Positions 1 to 11,277 of a stretch of DNA of 64,000 bases are shown here, piece after piece. The stretch's first letter is position 1; the number at the start of each line of letters is the position of its first letter. The position numbers were made by a program, and so were the translations under genes. The DNA lies in NCBI RefSeq assembly GCF_006345805.1, contig NC_043001.1, positions 116,684,001-116,748,000 of the forward strand, in the 5' to 3' direction. The notes below the pieces were generated by a model. That model was not told the origin of the DNA. It saw only the letters and a program-made list of their open reading frames with translations, and ran no database searches. The stretch comes from Octopus sinensis (lineage: Eukaryota).

Positions 1-186
1 TAACTTGGGGTGAGCAGAATGATCGGTGTTCCAACCATGACCACTCTAATTTTTTCAAGAATATAGGTTGAGATTTGATGCAAATGTACATACGTGTGTG
101 TGTGTGTGTGGTATCCTGTCTGATGAATGAGAATGTGAAAATGTGAAATCTGAATAACTAGATGTAGGTTATATATATTATATATA

Positions 187-472
187 TGGAGGCGCAATGT
201 CCCAGTAGTTAGGGCAACTGACTCGCGGTCGTAGGATCGCGGTTTCGATTCCCAGACCGGGCGTTGTGTGTATTTATTGAGCGAAAACACCTAACAGCTC
301 CACGAGGCTCCGGCAGGGGGTGGTGATCCCTGCTGTACTCTTTCTCTCACTCTTTCTTCAGTTGGCCTGCTCGCTTAGCCAGCGGGATGGCGTCATTCGA
401 AGGCTAAAACAATGCGAACGCATTGTGACCAGCGATGTGTAGCAACATCTGATGGTCTGGTCGGTCACGTGA
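187..472 (+). mobile_element. tRNA-derived SINE, family A (resembles octopus OR-type SINEs)
   Basis: tRNA-like head with A box and B box (GTTTCGATTCC); near-identical copies at 25951 and 55829; flanked by (TA)n. Confidence 0.85.
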
Positions 473-755
473 TATATATATATATGGTGTGTTGTGAATT
501 TGTGGAAAGGAATCCCATAAAGCTCAACAATTTTGTTTAAAATGGCGAAGAGAAGGTGTTAAAATATATAAGAGAATTATAATTCATGCAGACGATCGTT
601 TCGTACAGCGAAATAAAAATCATGCAAAATCATGGTTGAATAGAAATAATCAAATTGATTATATATAACTGTATTCTTCAGTGTAAGAAGTATAAACAAA
701 ATTTTTACAAAGGACTTGAGAAAGGAAATAACAGAATAGGATCTAGGAGATTCAT

Positions 756-1258
756 ATTTATCTTTATGAGAAAACAAAGATGTGAGTCCAGTTAGATATT
801 AACTAAAACTAAAAGCTGTAAGAGTTATTTGAAAATATAAGTAAAAGAGTTTTCAGAGACGTTCCCTCTATAGATGAGTAAGGAGATTAGAAATTCTAAC
901 TCCAAATAAGTGGCGTAGAGTAAATATTGCATAGAAATGTCCAATGGAAAGTCATGGCTATATTTGAATTAAGATATGAGCTGACTGTTAGAAACAATAC
1001 TAAGTGCGGTGTATATTTAAAAAACTGTCAGGTCATATCTTAATTCAAATATAGCCATGACTTTCCATTGGACATTTCTATACAATCTTTACCCAATGCA
1101 ACTTATTTGGAGTTAGAATTTCTAATCTCCTTACTAATCTACAGAGGGATCGTCTCTGAAAACCTCTCTCACTTATATTTTCGAATAACCATTATAGCCT
1201 TTAGTTTTAGTTAATACCTAACTGGACTCACATCTTCGTTTTCTCATAAGGATAAATC
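756..1258. repeat. Long imperfect inverted repeat, arms about 230 bp, spacer about 40 bp
   Basis: 756-986 is the diverged reverse complement of 1027-1258. Confidence 0.9.
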
Positions 1259-1261
1259 TAG

Positions 1262-2585
1262 ACATGGCGATTTGTCCCCAACGCAGCCTGATAGAACCTT
1301 TCCTACCTCCGCAGCTGTGATCGGCCCTTCACATCACTCCGCGAGTCATGGCAGACCAGCCAGGAAGTCCGAAGAGTCCATTTCGCTATCAGACCCACCA
1401 CTCGTTCCGAACAGCTGAGCGAAATGATGGTGAAGGACCTTACACATTTTGTCGGGTTCGTTAACTGGGCATCTATTTTGGTCGACCAAATACCGTATGG
1501 TGGTTTTGTTGTCACATTGGGTCTCTACTACGTGGGCCCATCTCGCAGCGTTGGTTCCCTCTTTCTCATAGCATGTGACTTACCTCTGACAATGCAATCT
1601 ACGTGCTTGGTATTGAGGCGTTGATCGTGGACCAATCTCACTGCCAGCACGTTAGAAGCAATGCCAAATTTTAGTGACTCTTCTAGGGCTAAATCCCTTT
1701 CTATTCTATCTTTTTCTAATGCTAAAACTTTGCTATATCTACGTGACTCAAATTCAAGGGCTCTTTTTAGAGCGTACCACCAGTTATTATTGATGATAGC
1801 TCCTGTTAATACCCTTTTCACTAATTCTCTAATGCGGTCACTGTGGGCTTTGCACGCCAGGAATGACGTGTTTAGCTTCCAGTAACCGGAGCCCTGTCCA
1901 CAGAATGTAAGTCAAGCTTACAGATCACACACTTGTGATCCGTATAGCCGAGTATCTGAAATTGTGGACAACTAACTCTAGATTTATCACCCAACCTAAT
2001 GAATACTCTAAGCAAGATCTGGAAGACCCCATGCTATTGGTCCATGTCCACATAGAAGCATCCGGGTGATCTATTCTAAACCTGCCACCCAGTTGAAAGC
2101 GACTGAGCAGGTTAGTGAGGCAAGTGTTCCTTTTTCTATTTAGAGTTGAGCCAACACAATCCACCCGTGACATCTCAAGGAAAGCCTCTAGGCGTCTGAA
2201 GTAGTCGGATTACCCCGTGTCGTTTGGGGCATAGACTGCAACCAGTCTGAAAGCGCTGCCGCTGCTATGCGTCGCGTCAAGAACGACCAGCTTGCCCTCT
2301 GGTTCCACAAAGATTTCTCGATTTCTAAATCCAGGCCTTTCCGGAATAAAACCACAATCCCCCCCGCCTCCTCTAGGCTGGCTTGGAGATATGTAAATTT
2401 CATAACCATGGAAGAGGGGCGAAAGAGCTTCTGACCCGGTCAGCCTGGTGACTATGACATCCAAATCCTATGATCCGAGATCGTTTAGCAAGCGTGCTTG
2501 CTTCCAAAACGATCCCAGGCCACGGACATTCAAACTGCCAAGCTTGAATAAAACCATGAAGAGAGAAAAAGGAAGATGTTTACTT
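1262..2585 (-). mobile_element. L1/Tx1-clade LINE fragment (AP endonuclease region), degraded
   Basis: Frameshifted peptides LNVRGL, GGIVVLF, RLVAVYAPN, FRIDHPD..WTW, GYWKLN. Confidence 0.75.
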
Positions 2586-3959
2586 ACAGTTAGACGATAC
2601 AAAAAAGGGCAGGAAAACACAAGGACGGATCATTCGGAGCTTTTTTTCTTCAGTCGAGTTCCAAATCATCGTTGCAGTTTCGGCCGGTTACACTCGAGAC
2701 TGCTCCAATCTGGCCGGCCCCAAGAAAATCTAAGCTTATAGCACTAGATTCTTCGGAAGAAAGCAAACTGCAACGATGATCTGGAACTCGACTGAAAAAA
2801 GCTCCGAATAATCCGTCCTTGTTTTTTCCTATTCTTTTTTGTATCGTCTAACTGTCCGGATGCTTTGTTGTCACCTGTTACATTCTTGTTCCATTTTTTT
2901 TATATAGTGGCGTACGTACACTTTTGGTCTCCTATATATATATATATGGGGGCAGGGTAGTCTTCTACCTGGCTGGCTTCTGTTAACCGTCCTGCCCATG
3001 CATGCATGGAAGACGTACGTTAAACGATGATGATATGTGTGTGATCCACCTGTAACATTATACAATCTTTTGTTCAGACCCTCAGATCATTCTGAAGTAT
3101 ATAAAGAAAACGTGTCATCATTTGTTTAAACAAATCCCACTTTTTAATGTTCTACCAATTTCTGTCGTGCGTGGAGCCAAAGTCAAAACGTTTCTTGACA
3201 TATGAATAGATTAATGGAAGAAAGCCTTGTCAACTAAGATACGGAAATTAGTTTTCACAAAACCTGCACCAAAGTTGGGTAAAATGTAATAGAGTGTAAA
3301 TAAAAGTATGGAATGTCATTCAGATATGCTGGATGCAGCAGGAACGTTGTGTATCGGTGGAACATAGATTTTGTGCATGAGAGCACCAAATGAATGCTGC
3401 AGCCTTTTGCCGTGACGCCAGTTTGGTCAAAAGGTAAACCTCAGTCAACAGTGACTATTTGTGTGTATTATATCATTATTTTACTTGTTTCAGTTATCAC
3501 AGTGGCCATGCTGGAACACCACCTTCAAGGGTTTTGTTGAACAATTTGACCCCCAGGACTGATTTTTTTAAAACCTTGTACGTATTCTATTGGTTTCTTA
3601 TGCCGAACCGCTAAGTCATGTGGACGTAAACGCCGGTGGCAGGAGACAAACGCAGACACAACTTGGGCAAGTGACTTTTGCTATAGCCACAGGCTGACCA
3701 AAGCCTTGTCAGTGGATTTGGTAGACAGAAACTGAAAAAAGCCCATCATATATGTATGTGTGTGTGTGTGAAGTAATGTGTGTTTGCGTGTTTGTCCCCC
3801 TATCATCGCTTGACAACCGATGTTGGTGCGTTTATGCCCCCTTAGTGGTTCAGCAAAAGTAACCGATAGAATAAATACTAGGCTTACAAAGAATAAGTCC
3901 TGGGGTAGATTTCTTCAACTAAAACCCTTTAAGGCCACAGTCAAATAACTGAAACAAGA

Positions 3960-3997
<38 letters not shown>

Positions 3998-4864
3998 GAT
4001 GGGATTCTTTCAGTTTGCATCTACCAAATTTCCTCACAAGGCTTTCGTCGACCCGAGGCTATAGTAGAAGACACTTTCTGAAGGAGCCAAGCAGTGGGAC
4101 TGAACCCAGAACTATGTGGTTAGGAAGTAAGTTTCTTACCACACAAACAATGTTTCGAGATTTTATTTTGGGATATAAACGGTGGAAGTTCAAACTGCTG
4201 TCTTCATTGCTTAATATAAACCAAAGAATAAGTCCTGGGGTAGTTCTTGAGTGGTAGATTTCAGTCACCAAACTGTTAAACAAACCATTTGAAAACCGTT
4301 TTTGATTTTCTTTTTATTCAATCCTATTTTAAATTTAAACAGAAGTCAAATTAAGAAAAACAAGGCAGATGTTTCATTTCCTATTTTAAATTTAATTCAA
4401 ATTTTTATTTATTTTTTTATTTTGAAAACACAATTTTAAAAGCTGTACAGGTATGTCATTATTATAAAAAAATTTTCTTTTTTAAAATCTTTATGATAGT
4501 CTTTTATCAATTGTGGGGTTATAAGGGAGGGTTTTCCTTGTGTGAAAATTATACACATAATGAAATGCTACCTGCTTCCAGTCTTAAAAACAAAACAAAA
4601 TAGCAAAACACGTCATAACTCAAGAAAAAAAAATGGAAAAAAAATTAATTAAAATTTTTTATTGTTTACTTTGTTTTCTTTTTTTTAAGACATGCACAAA
4701 TTAAAAATCCACAAATGGATCGTACATAACTTGGAAATACTCCTCTAGAGTATTGGAGTTTTAGGGGAAACTGCACTTGTGCTGGAGCCCGTTACTTTCC
4801 TCTTACCCACACCATGGGTTGAACTAAACATTACAAGTTACCAATAGCATCATCTCCCTATTGT

Positions 4865-5008
4865 ATCTTATTTCTTTATTGCCCACAGGGGGCTAAATAT
4901 AGAGGAGACAAACAAGGACAGACAAAGGGATTAAGTCGATTACATCGACTCCAGTGTGTAACTGGTACTTAATTTATCGACCGAAAGGATGAAAGGCAAA
5001 GTCGACCG
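4865..5008 (-). mobile_element. 5'-truncated family C SINE with 11-bp TSD
   Basis: TSD ctccctattgt at 4854-4864 and 5009-5019. Confidence 0.8.
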
Positions 5009-5364
5009 CTCCCTATTGTCCCTATCTACAGTAAGGTTGTCTGAGCTAGTAAGAAGTGTTTTCACTGAGCAGAACAGACTAATGAACATTAAACTTTTGG
5101 ATTGTAATCCAACACACTATTGTTCCAGTTAGTTAAAATCATTTTAGAGTAACATAGTTCATGTCATTATCATCATCAGCTGATTGCAGCTATTTCATAT
5201 CAAACAATCAAGTTATATGACCACACATATTTGCTTCCTAAACCAAGGTTTCTTTTTGCTGTTTTCATACAGTAAAATAAAAACAAAAATCACACACTTA
5301 AGAAATAAATCCTTTCATCACACAAGAAAATTTTTAATTCTCTCTTCACAAACACATATATGTG

Positions 5365-5408
<44 letters not shown>

Positions 5409-5606
5409 GGTCCCAAAAGAAGTTTGGACCCATAACAAATTTACTGCTTTCTAAATCAAGGTTTCATTTCATTTTTATATAGTAAAAATATTTTTTAAAA
5501 ACCCTCATACTTAAGAAATACACATGAAAACTTCCTCTCCCTATACATACACACATTATAAATAATATAGGATAACCTCAAAAGTTTGGATCCATAAGAT
5601 AGTCAT

Positions 5607-6030
5607 TTCATCATCATCATCATCGTTTAACATCCGCTTTCCATGCTAGCATGGGTTGGATGGTTCAACTGGTGTCTGGCAAGCTCGAAGGCTGCACCAG
5701 GCCAGTCAGATCTGGCAGTGTTTCTACAGCTGGATGCCCTTCCTAACACCAACCACTCCGAGAGTGTAGTGGGTGATTTTATGTGCCACCGACACAGGTG
5801 CCAGACGAGGCTGGCGAACAGCCACGCTTGGATGGTGTTTTTTATGTGCCACCGACACAGGTGCCAGACGAGGCTGGCGAACGGCCACGATCGGATGGTG
5901 TTTGTTACGTGCCCACAGCACGGAGGCCAGTCGATGCGGTACTGGCTACGGCCACGTTCGGATGGTTTTCTTATGTGCCACAAAGATACAAATTCCATTG
6001 ATGTTCATCTATTTTGATTTGGTTTGATTT
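5607..6030 (-). mobile_element. RTE 3' UTR copy (5'-truncated)
   Basis: (CAT)n tail, CCATGCTAGCATGG palindrome, ~61-bp units; near-identical to 55505-55755. Confidence 0.8.
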
Positions 6031-6386
6031 TCATATATATATATATATAATGTATGTATATTATTTTCTTCAAACTAAATTACTGTTTCAATAAGAGTCA
6101 AAGCTAATAGTAGATAGTCACAGTGGCTTCCTTCCAGAACATACCATATTTGGCAGCTTAGAAAGTGCATTAGTATGTCAGATGCACCTCAGTTTTAGAA
6201 GGTCCTTTCTAGAACCATTATATACCATTAACCTAAACTTTGATCTTGTGCTCACAAGATAAGCTAATTTTTTTTAGGAAATTCTATGGAGAAAAAGAGG
6301 AACTTAGAAACCATTAAATGTGGTATTTGAGAATAATGAAAGTAACATCCCTGTAAATTTTATAAAATATTATCATATTTATCAAC

Positions 6387-6885
6387 ACATAAGGGACTAA
6401 AGCCATCTGAATATGGCTAGGGACAGGGCAGGGTGGTGGGGGTGTTACTGTTGCATTTAGCCCCAGGCGAACATCAACGTCGCCATATAGGCTTGACACC
6501 TGCAAAGGGAGATAATTCCCCGATGAAGCGGAAACCACACACGGACCTAGGTTTCAAGGTGTATTGCCTATCATCAACGTGTGGTAGGCCCCCGCTTCCT
6601 CGACGAACAACCCACTCTGCAGGATATTTATATATAGATTTTCAAGCAAAATACATTTGCTGATTTCGAAAATCTGTTCGACAGCAATAATAATTCTCTA
6701 AATGAGATATAGACAGTAACTGCTCCATAACATAAGGGACTAAAGCCATCTGAATATGGCTAGGGACAGGGCAGGGTGGTGGGGGTGTTACTGTTGCATT
6801 TAGCCCGAGGCGAACATCAACGTCGCCAGATAGGCTTGACACCATCACGGTGTCCTTTATCCTGCAAAGGGAGATAATTCCCCGA
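6387..6885 (+). repeat. Direct repeat of about 140-155 bp (6387-6523 and 6730-6885)
   Basis: acataagggactaaagccatctg...gataattccccga occurs twice; copy 1 lacks an internal ~20 nt segment. Confidence 0.85.
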
Positions 6886-7370
6886 CATATTTATGTTTTA
6901 TACAAAATCATAAAATTGATAAACACACCTTTATCTACTATTTTGTACAGTAGTTTAAGGTTAGTTACATGAAACATTTAGATATGGATTTGTAATCTTG
7001 GGATGGGTTGAATAAACAGGATCCAACAAGCTGGAGGACAATGTTGTGTTCCAATGCCTTTGCTTTGGCACGGTTTCAACAGCCAGATGTCCGTTCTAAT
7101 GTTTCTGTATTGACAAGATTTCTAAAGCTGGATGCACACTTTATAAAGTGTACGGTGTGAATTTTATGTGGCACCAGCACCATAGAGGTTGTCTTTTCCC
7201 TGGCAAGAGGAAACCCATCAGGTACATTAGCCCCTGCTTAATTGAAGATGTCTAACTAGACAAACACATCTTACTTACTGTACCCTCCCACCACCACCAC
7301 CCCCAAAGTCAGACTAACTACTACAATGCATTATCCTGTTCCCCATCATCACCACAAAGAATTTCTAATT

Positions 7371-7778
7371 GTGTGGTTGTGTGGTAAGAAGCTTTCTTCC
7401 CAACCACATGGTTCCGGGTTCGGTCCCACTGCATGACACCTTGGGCAAATGTCTTCTACTAGAGCCTCAAGCTGACCAAGCCTTGTCAGTGGATTTGGTA
7501 AAAAGAAACTGAAAGAAGTCTGCCGTATATCTGTATGTGTGTGTACGTGTGTAAGTGTGTGTGTGTGTGTGTGTATGTTTGTGTCTGTCCCCGCCATCAA
7601 CACTTGACAACTGGTGTTAGTGTGTTTATGTCCTCATAACTTACCAGCTCAGCAAAAGAGACCAATAGAATAAGTGCTAGGTTTAAAAATAAGTCCTGGG
7701 GTTGATTTGTTCAACTAAAATCCTTCAAAGTGATGCTCCAGCATGGTTGCAGTTAAGTGGCTGAAACAAGTAAGAGAA
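7371..7778 (+). mobile_element. tRNA-derived SINE, family B
   Basis: Homologous to 23365-23821. Confidence 0.75.
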
Positions 7779-8592
7779 TATAAGAGTTATCTTTCCCCAT
7801 TCATTACAGGTGATAGGTAGGTTGCCATACAGCTGAATGGTTAAGACATCCACTTTGTAACCACACATTTCTGGGTTCAATCCCATTGCATGGCAACTTG
7901 GGTAAATGTCATTATTTTTTTTTTACATCCTTAGGTCAACCCGTACCTTGTGAATGAAACTGGGTAGATGGAAACTGCATAGAAGCCCATACCTGTAATT
8001 AAAATGCCACAGCCAAATTTACTGGTTGACTTGTGGTTGAATGCTGAATGCCAAAGTAAAATGTATATTTGTAAAGACTAATCCTATTAGAGAAAATATA
8101 AATTTGAGACCCTGGTAAAACTGAAAAATCTCAATATAATGATTACTATACTACATAATCTCAATAAAATATACACCTCCCAAATTAGCACCTTTATATC
8201 AATATATATCAAATGTGGAGATCATTTTCAGTTCTACTGCATGTACAGATTGTCTAAACTGTGTGTTTTGATTTTTAACCAATGAAAATTACGTTGGTCA
8301 ATATGCTGTTTAGTAAACTAAAGATGGAATTCTTTAAATTGGTCTGAGAGAATTGAATGAAATGGGAAGAGGTTCTTTGTTGAAATCATGGCACACTTGC
8401 AAGACATGAAATTCTCATGTGCCAAGATCAAAAAAAAATAAAAAAAAAGAAACCACTCTCAAAAATTCAGTATTAGTTGGTGTAGGTTTTATCTTCAAAT
8501 GTGTGTTCTATAGAGGACCCACAGTAGAGTGGTCCTTTAAATGAAGACATCAACAAAAAGAGAGATCAGTTCAACTATGCACTTTTACAAGG

Positions 8593-8649
8593 AAAATTGC
8601 TGAGAGTAATTTTGAAGTTTCAGTTTGCTTGCCTTCATCAGACAATTTT
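8593..8649 (-). ncRNA. Degenerate hammerhead motif in an old fold-back
   Basis: aaaattgt-CTGATGA-aggcaagcaaact-GAAAC...gcaatttt; stem I pairs but the NUH triplet is lost. Confidence 0.35.
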
Positions 8650-9119
8650 ATGAAGGGAGGCAAGCTGGAATTTTCAAGTCACTGTTAATCTTTTCCCAGG
8701 AAGAGTTCATAAATGTACTCAAATAAAAAGCATTGAGAAATCTTTCAGTTTAATGTCAAATTGTTTTTATATATAACTTGACATAAAAGCAAACATTAAT
8801 GTATGTATGTGTGTATGTATGGGTATGTATGTGTATATATATATATATATATTAGGTAGGTAGGGTAAAATCCCAAATGTTTCCCCTTGAAGCATATTTG
8901 TTTATTCCATCATTACAATCCAGAATGTAGCTGCTGTCTTTGTTGTATCGATGCAGAGTACATATTAAAGTTGAAAATTCTGGAAATATTGTTTGACTGG
9001 CACCCGTGCCAGTGGAGCGCTATCACTCCCTTTATCTTATTCTCTAATTCACTTTCCTTTGTTTTCCAACTGAGGAATCCATTTATCTACTCTACAGTAA
9101 GACACCTATATCTGTCCCC

Positions 9120-9622
9120 TCTATTTCAAGGTCCTAGTAAGCAAGAAATTGGATAGGGCCCTATCCCATTCAGATAAATGGTCCCGTTCAATATGTAGAA
9201 AAGGTGCAAGCGGGAATTCCATTTGGTGTACCAGGTGCAAGTTATAGACACACAACGGGTGCAGTGGAATAGTATGAAGATTAACAGAAAAAGAAGACCA
9301 AAGATACACAGGAAACTGATTTCCTCAAATATCTAGAAATAGTATATTAAATCTCTGAACTGGCACAAAGCCACACCCGCTCAATTCTACTCCCCCAATC
9401 CCAGTTGAGGGGTTTTTGTCTTGCAAGATACTAGATGACCCTGTTGGTGCTGGTGCCATATAAAAAGCACTTAGTATACTCTGTAAAGTGGTTGGCGTTA
9501 GGAAGGGCATCCAGCTTTAGAAACCATACCAAAACAGACTATGAAACCTGGTGCAGCCCCTGCCAGCTCCGTCTAACCATCCAACCCATGCCAGCTTGGA
9601 AAACAGATGTTAAATGATGATA
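9120..9622 (+). mobile_element. Old RTE remnant retaining the Cys-rich RT insert and the 3' tail
   Basis: DKWSRSICRKGASGNSIWCTRCKL*THNGC matches 62585-62716; followed by ggcgttaggaagggcatccag tail. Confidence 0.6.
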
Positions 9623-9666
9623 TATACATATACACACACACACACAATTTTAATGTTTGTTATATA

Positions 9667-10622
9667 TGAGGGGAAGTCAAAAATCGAAAAGTTTAAAAGT
9701 GGACAGACAAGGGTGACACACGAAGAGTCAACCTCCACTACTGACAAGAAGATTCAACAAGCTCAATAGACGGTAATGGTGAACCGGCAAGTTATCATCG
9801 ATGAAGTAGCTCATTCTCCGCAGATTAGTCATAGTTCTGCCTATCAACTCATCCATGATGAGCTGGGTTTCCATAAAGTTTGTGCAAGACAGGTGCCAAG
9901 AGAGCTTAATGCAGAGCACAAGTGCAAAAGTCTTGAGGTCTGCCAACATTTACTCAATTGCTACAACAATGATGGCAAGGAATTTTTAGCTGAATAGTTA
10001 CAGATGAAACATGGTTCCATCATTTTGAGGCAGGATCCAAAAGAGAGAGTGTGGAGTGGAAACATCTTGGCTTGCCAGCGTCAAAAAAATTCAAGACTCA
10101 GTCTTCGGCAGGAAAGGTGAAGCTAACCCTTTTTTGGGGACTCTGAAGGGCCTATACTGGAAGACTACCTGGAAAAGGGGTGTACGATCAACAGCGCAAG
10201 ATAGAGTACTTTGCTGGCCAACAAACTGAAGCCAGCAATTCGCACCAAATGCTGAAGCCTATTGTTGAATAAAGTTTTGATGCTGCATGACAATGCATGC
10301 CCACACACAGCCGTCCAGACTGTTGAAACCATTAGCCAATTGGGTTTTGAGGTGCTGGAACATCCTACAGACCAGATCTTGCCCCTTCCAACTATCATAT
10401 CTTTGGACTGCTCAAAGATGGTTTACAAGATCGTCAATTTCCTATGGATGAAGATGTGAAGGAAGCGGTGCATAAATGGATGCACGACCAACCAAAACCT
10501 TCTTCTTGGAGGGAATATGCAAGCTTGTGGACCGCTGGACCAAGTGCATCGGAAAGGAAGGAGATTATATAGAAAAATGACATACTTGTTTATCCCCTGC
10601 TCTTGTGTAAATACATTGAAAA
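9667..10622 (+). mobile_element. Mariner, degraded with internal deletion
   Basis: VCARQVPRELN, VTDETW, HDNACPH, C-terminal GDYIEK; stops and frameshifts. Confidence 0.8.
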
Positions 10623-10738
10623 AACAAGATATATATATATATATATATATATATGTAGGTCCCGGGTTGAGTCGGGGTTAACCACAGTAAATAAGGTACT
10701 CAATACATAGCAGAGTAAATTAATTTATTATATAGAAG

Positions 10739-10791
10739 GAGCTTCTACAGGACTAGAACTGTTTCATTCAAAAGAAATCATCAGGAAGCTC
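10739..10791 (-). ncRNA. Mirror-image copy of the same hammerhead motif on the minus strand
   Basis: Exact reverse complement of 10796-10848 within a perfect inverted repeat. Confidence 0.75.
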
Positions 10792-10795
10792 TGAT

Positions 10796-10848
10796 GAGCT
10801 TCCTGATGATTTCTTTTGAATGAAACAGTTCTAGTCCTGTAGAAGCTC
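10796..10848 (+). ncRNA. Type I minimal hammerhead ribozyme motif (Penelope-like)
   Basis: Stem I GAGCTTC/GAAGCTC; core CTGATGA 10803-10809; stem II TTC-TTTT-GAA; GAAAC 10822-10826; stem III ACAG/CTGT with CTAG-containing loop; GTA cleavage triplet 10839-10841. Confidence 0.75.
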
Positions 10849-11208
10849 CTTCTATATAATAAATATATATATATATACATCTAATGTAGTATAAAATTTT
10901 TTCGAAAAAAAATTTTATCAATGGCCAGCATAATAAAAACTACCTTTAAAGGTTAAATTTATAAACAACTTATAAATAAGGGCAAACGAAAAAATTTCTA
11001 ATGCCAAATATGCCAAAATTAGGTGTCTAATTTCGGCATATTTGGCATTAGAAATTTTTTTCTTTAGCACTTATTTATAAGTTGTGTGTGTGTATATATA
11101 TATACCGGAGTAAACACATAAATGTGAAACAAGGTGGAAAAAAGAGTACTCAAATACCAGTGGTAGAGTAATATGCTTTATTTAAAGCAGCAGAAAATTC
11201 AACAAAAC

Positions 11209-11246
11209 CTGTTACTCTGAGTTTCCTGTTGCCGTTCATTGGACAG
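11209..11246 (-). ncRNA. Degenerate minimal hammerhead motif
   Basis: ctgt-CCAATGA-acggcaacag-GAAAC-tcaga-GTA-acag; partial inverted copy ctgt-CCGATGA-acgg at 11263-11277. Confidence 0.5.
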
Positions 11247-11277
11247 TTTCTGCTAGCAAAAACTGTCCGATGAACGG

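Larger units (their letters stand above)
10723..10864. repeat. Perfect inverted repeat, 69-bp arms, 4-nt loop
   Basis: 10723-10791 = reverse complement of 10796-10864. Confidence 0.95.

Noticed and set aside
119-150. CTGATGA...GAAA strings elsewhere (119, 13970, 42857, 50634)
   Set aside because: No closing stems I and III or NUH triplet; chance matches.
187-260. tRNA-like sequences (also at 18925, 25951, 55829 and family B heads)
   Set aside because: SINE heads with imperfect cloverleaf, followed by SINE bodies and TSDs; not tRNA genes.
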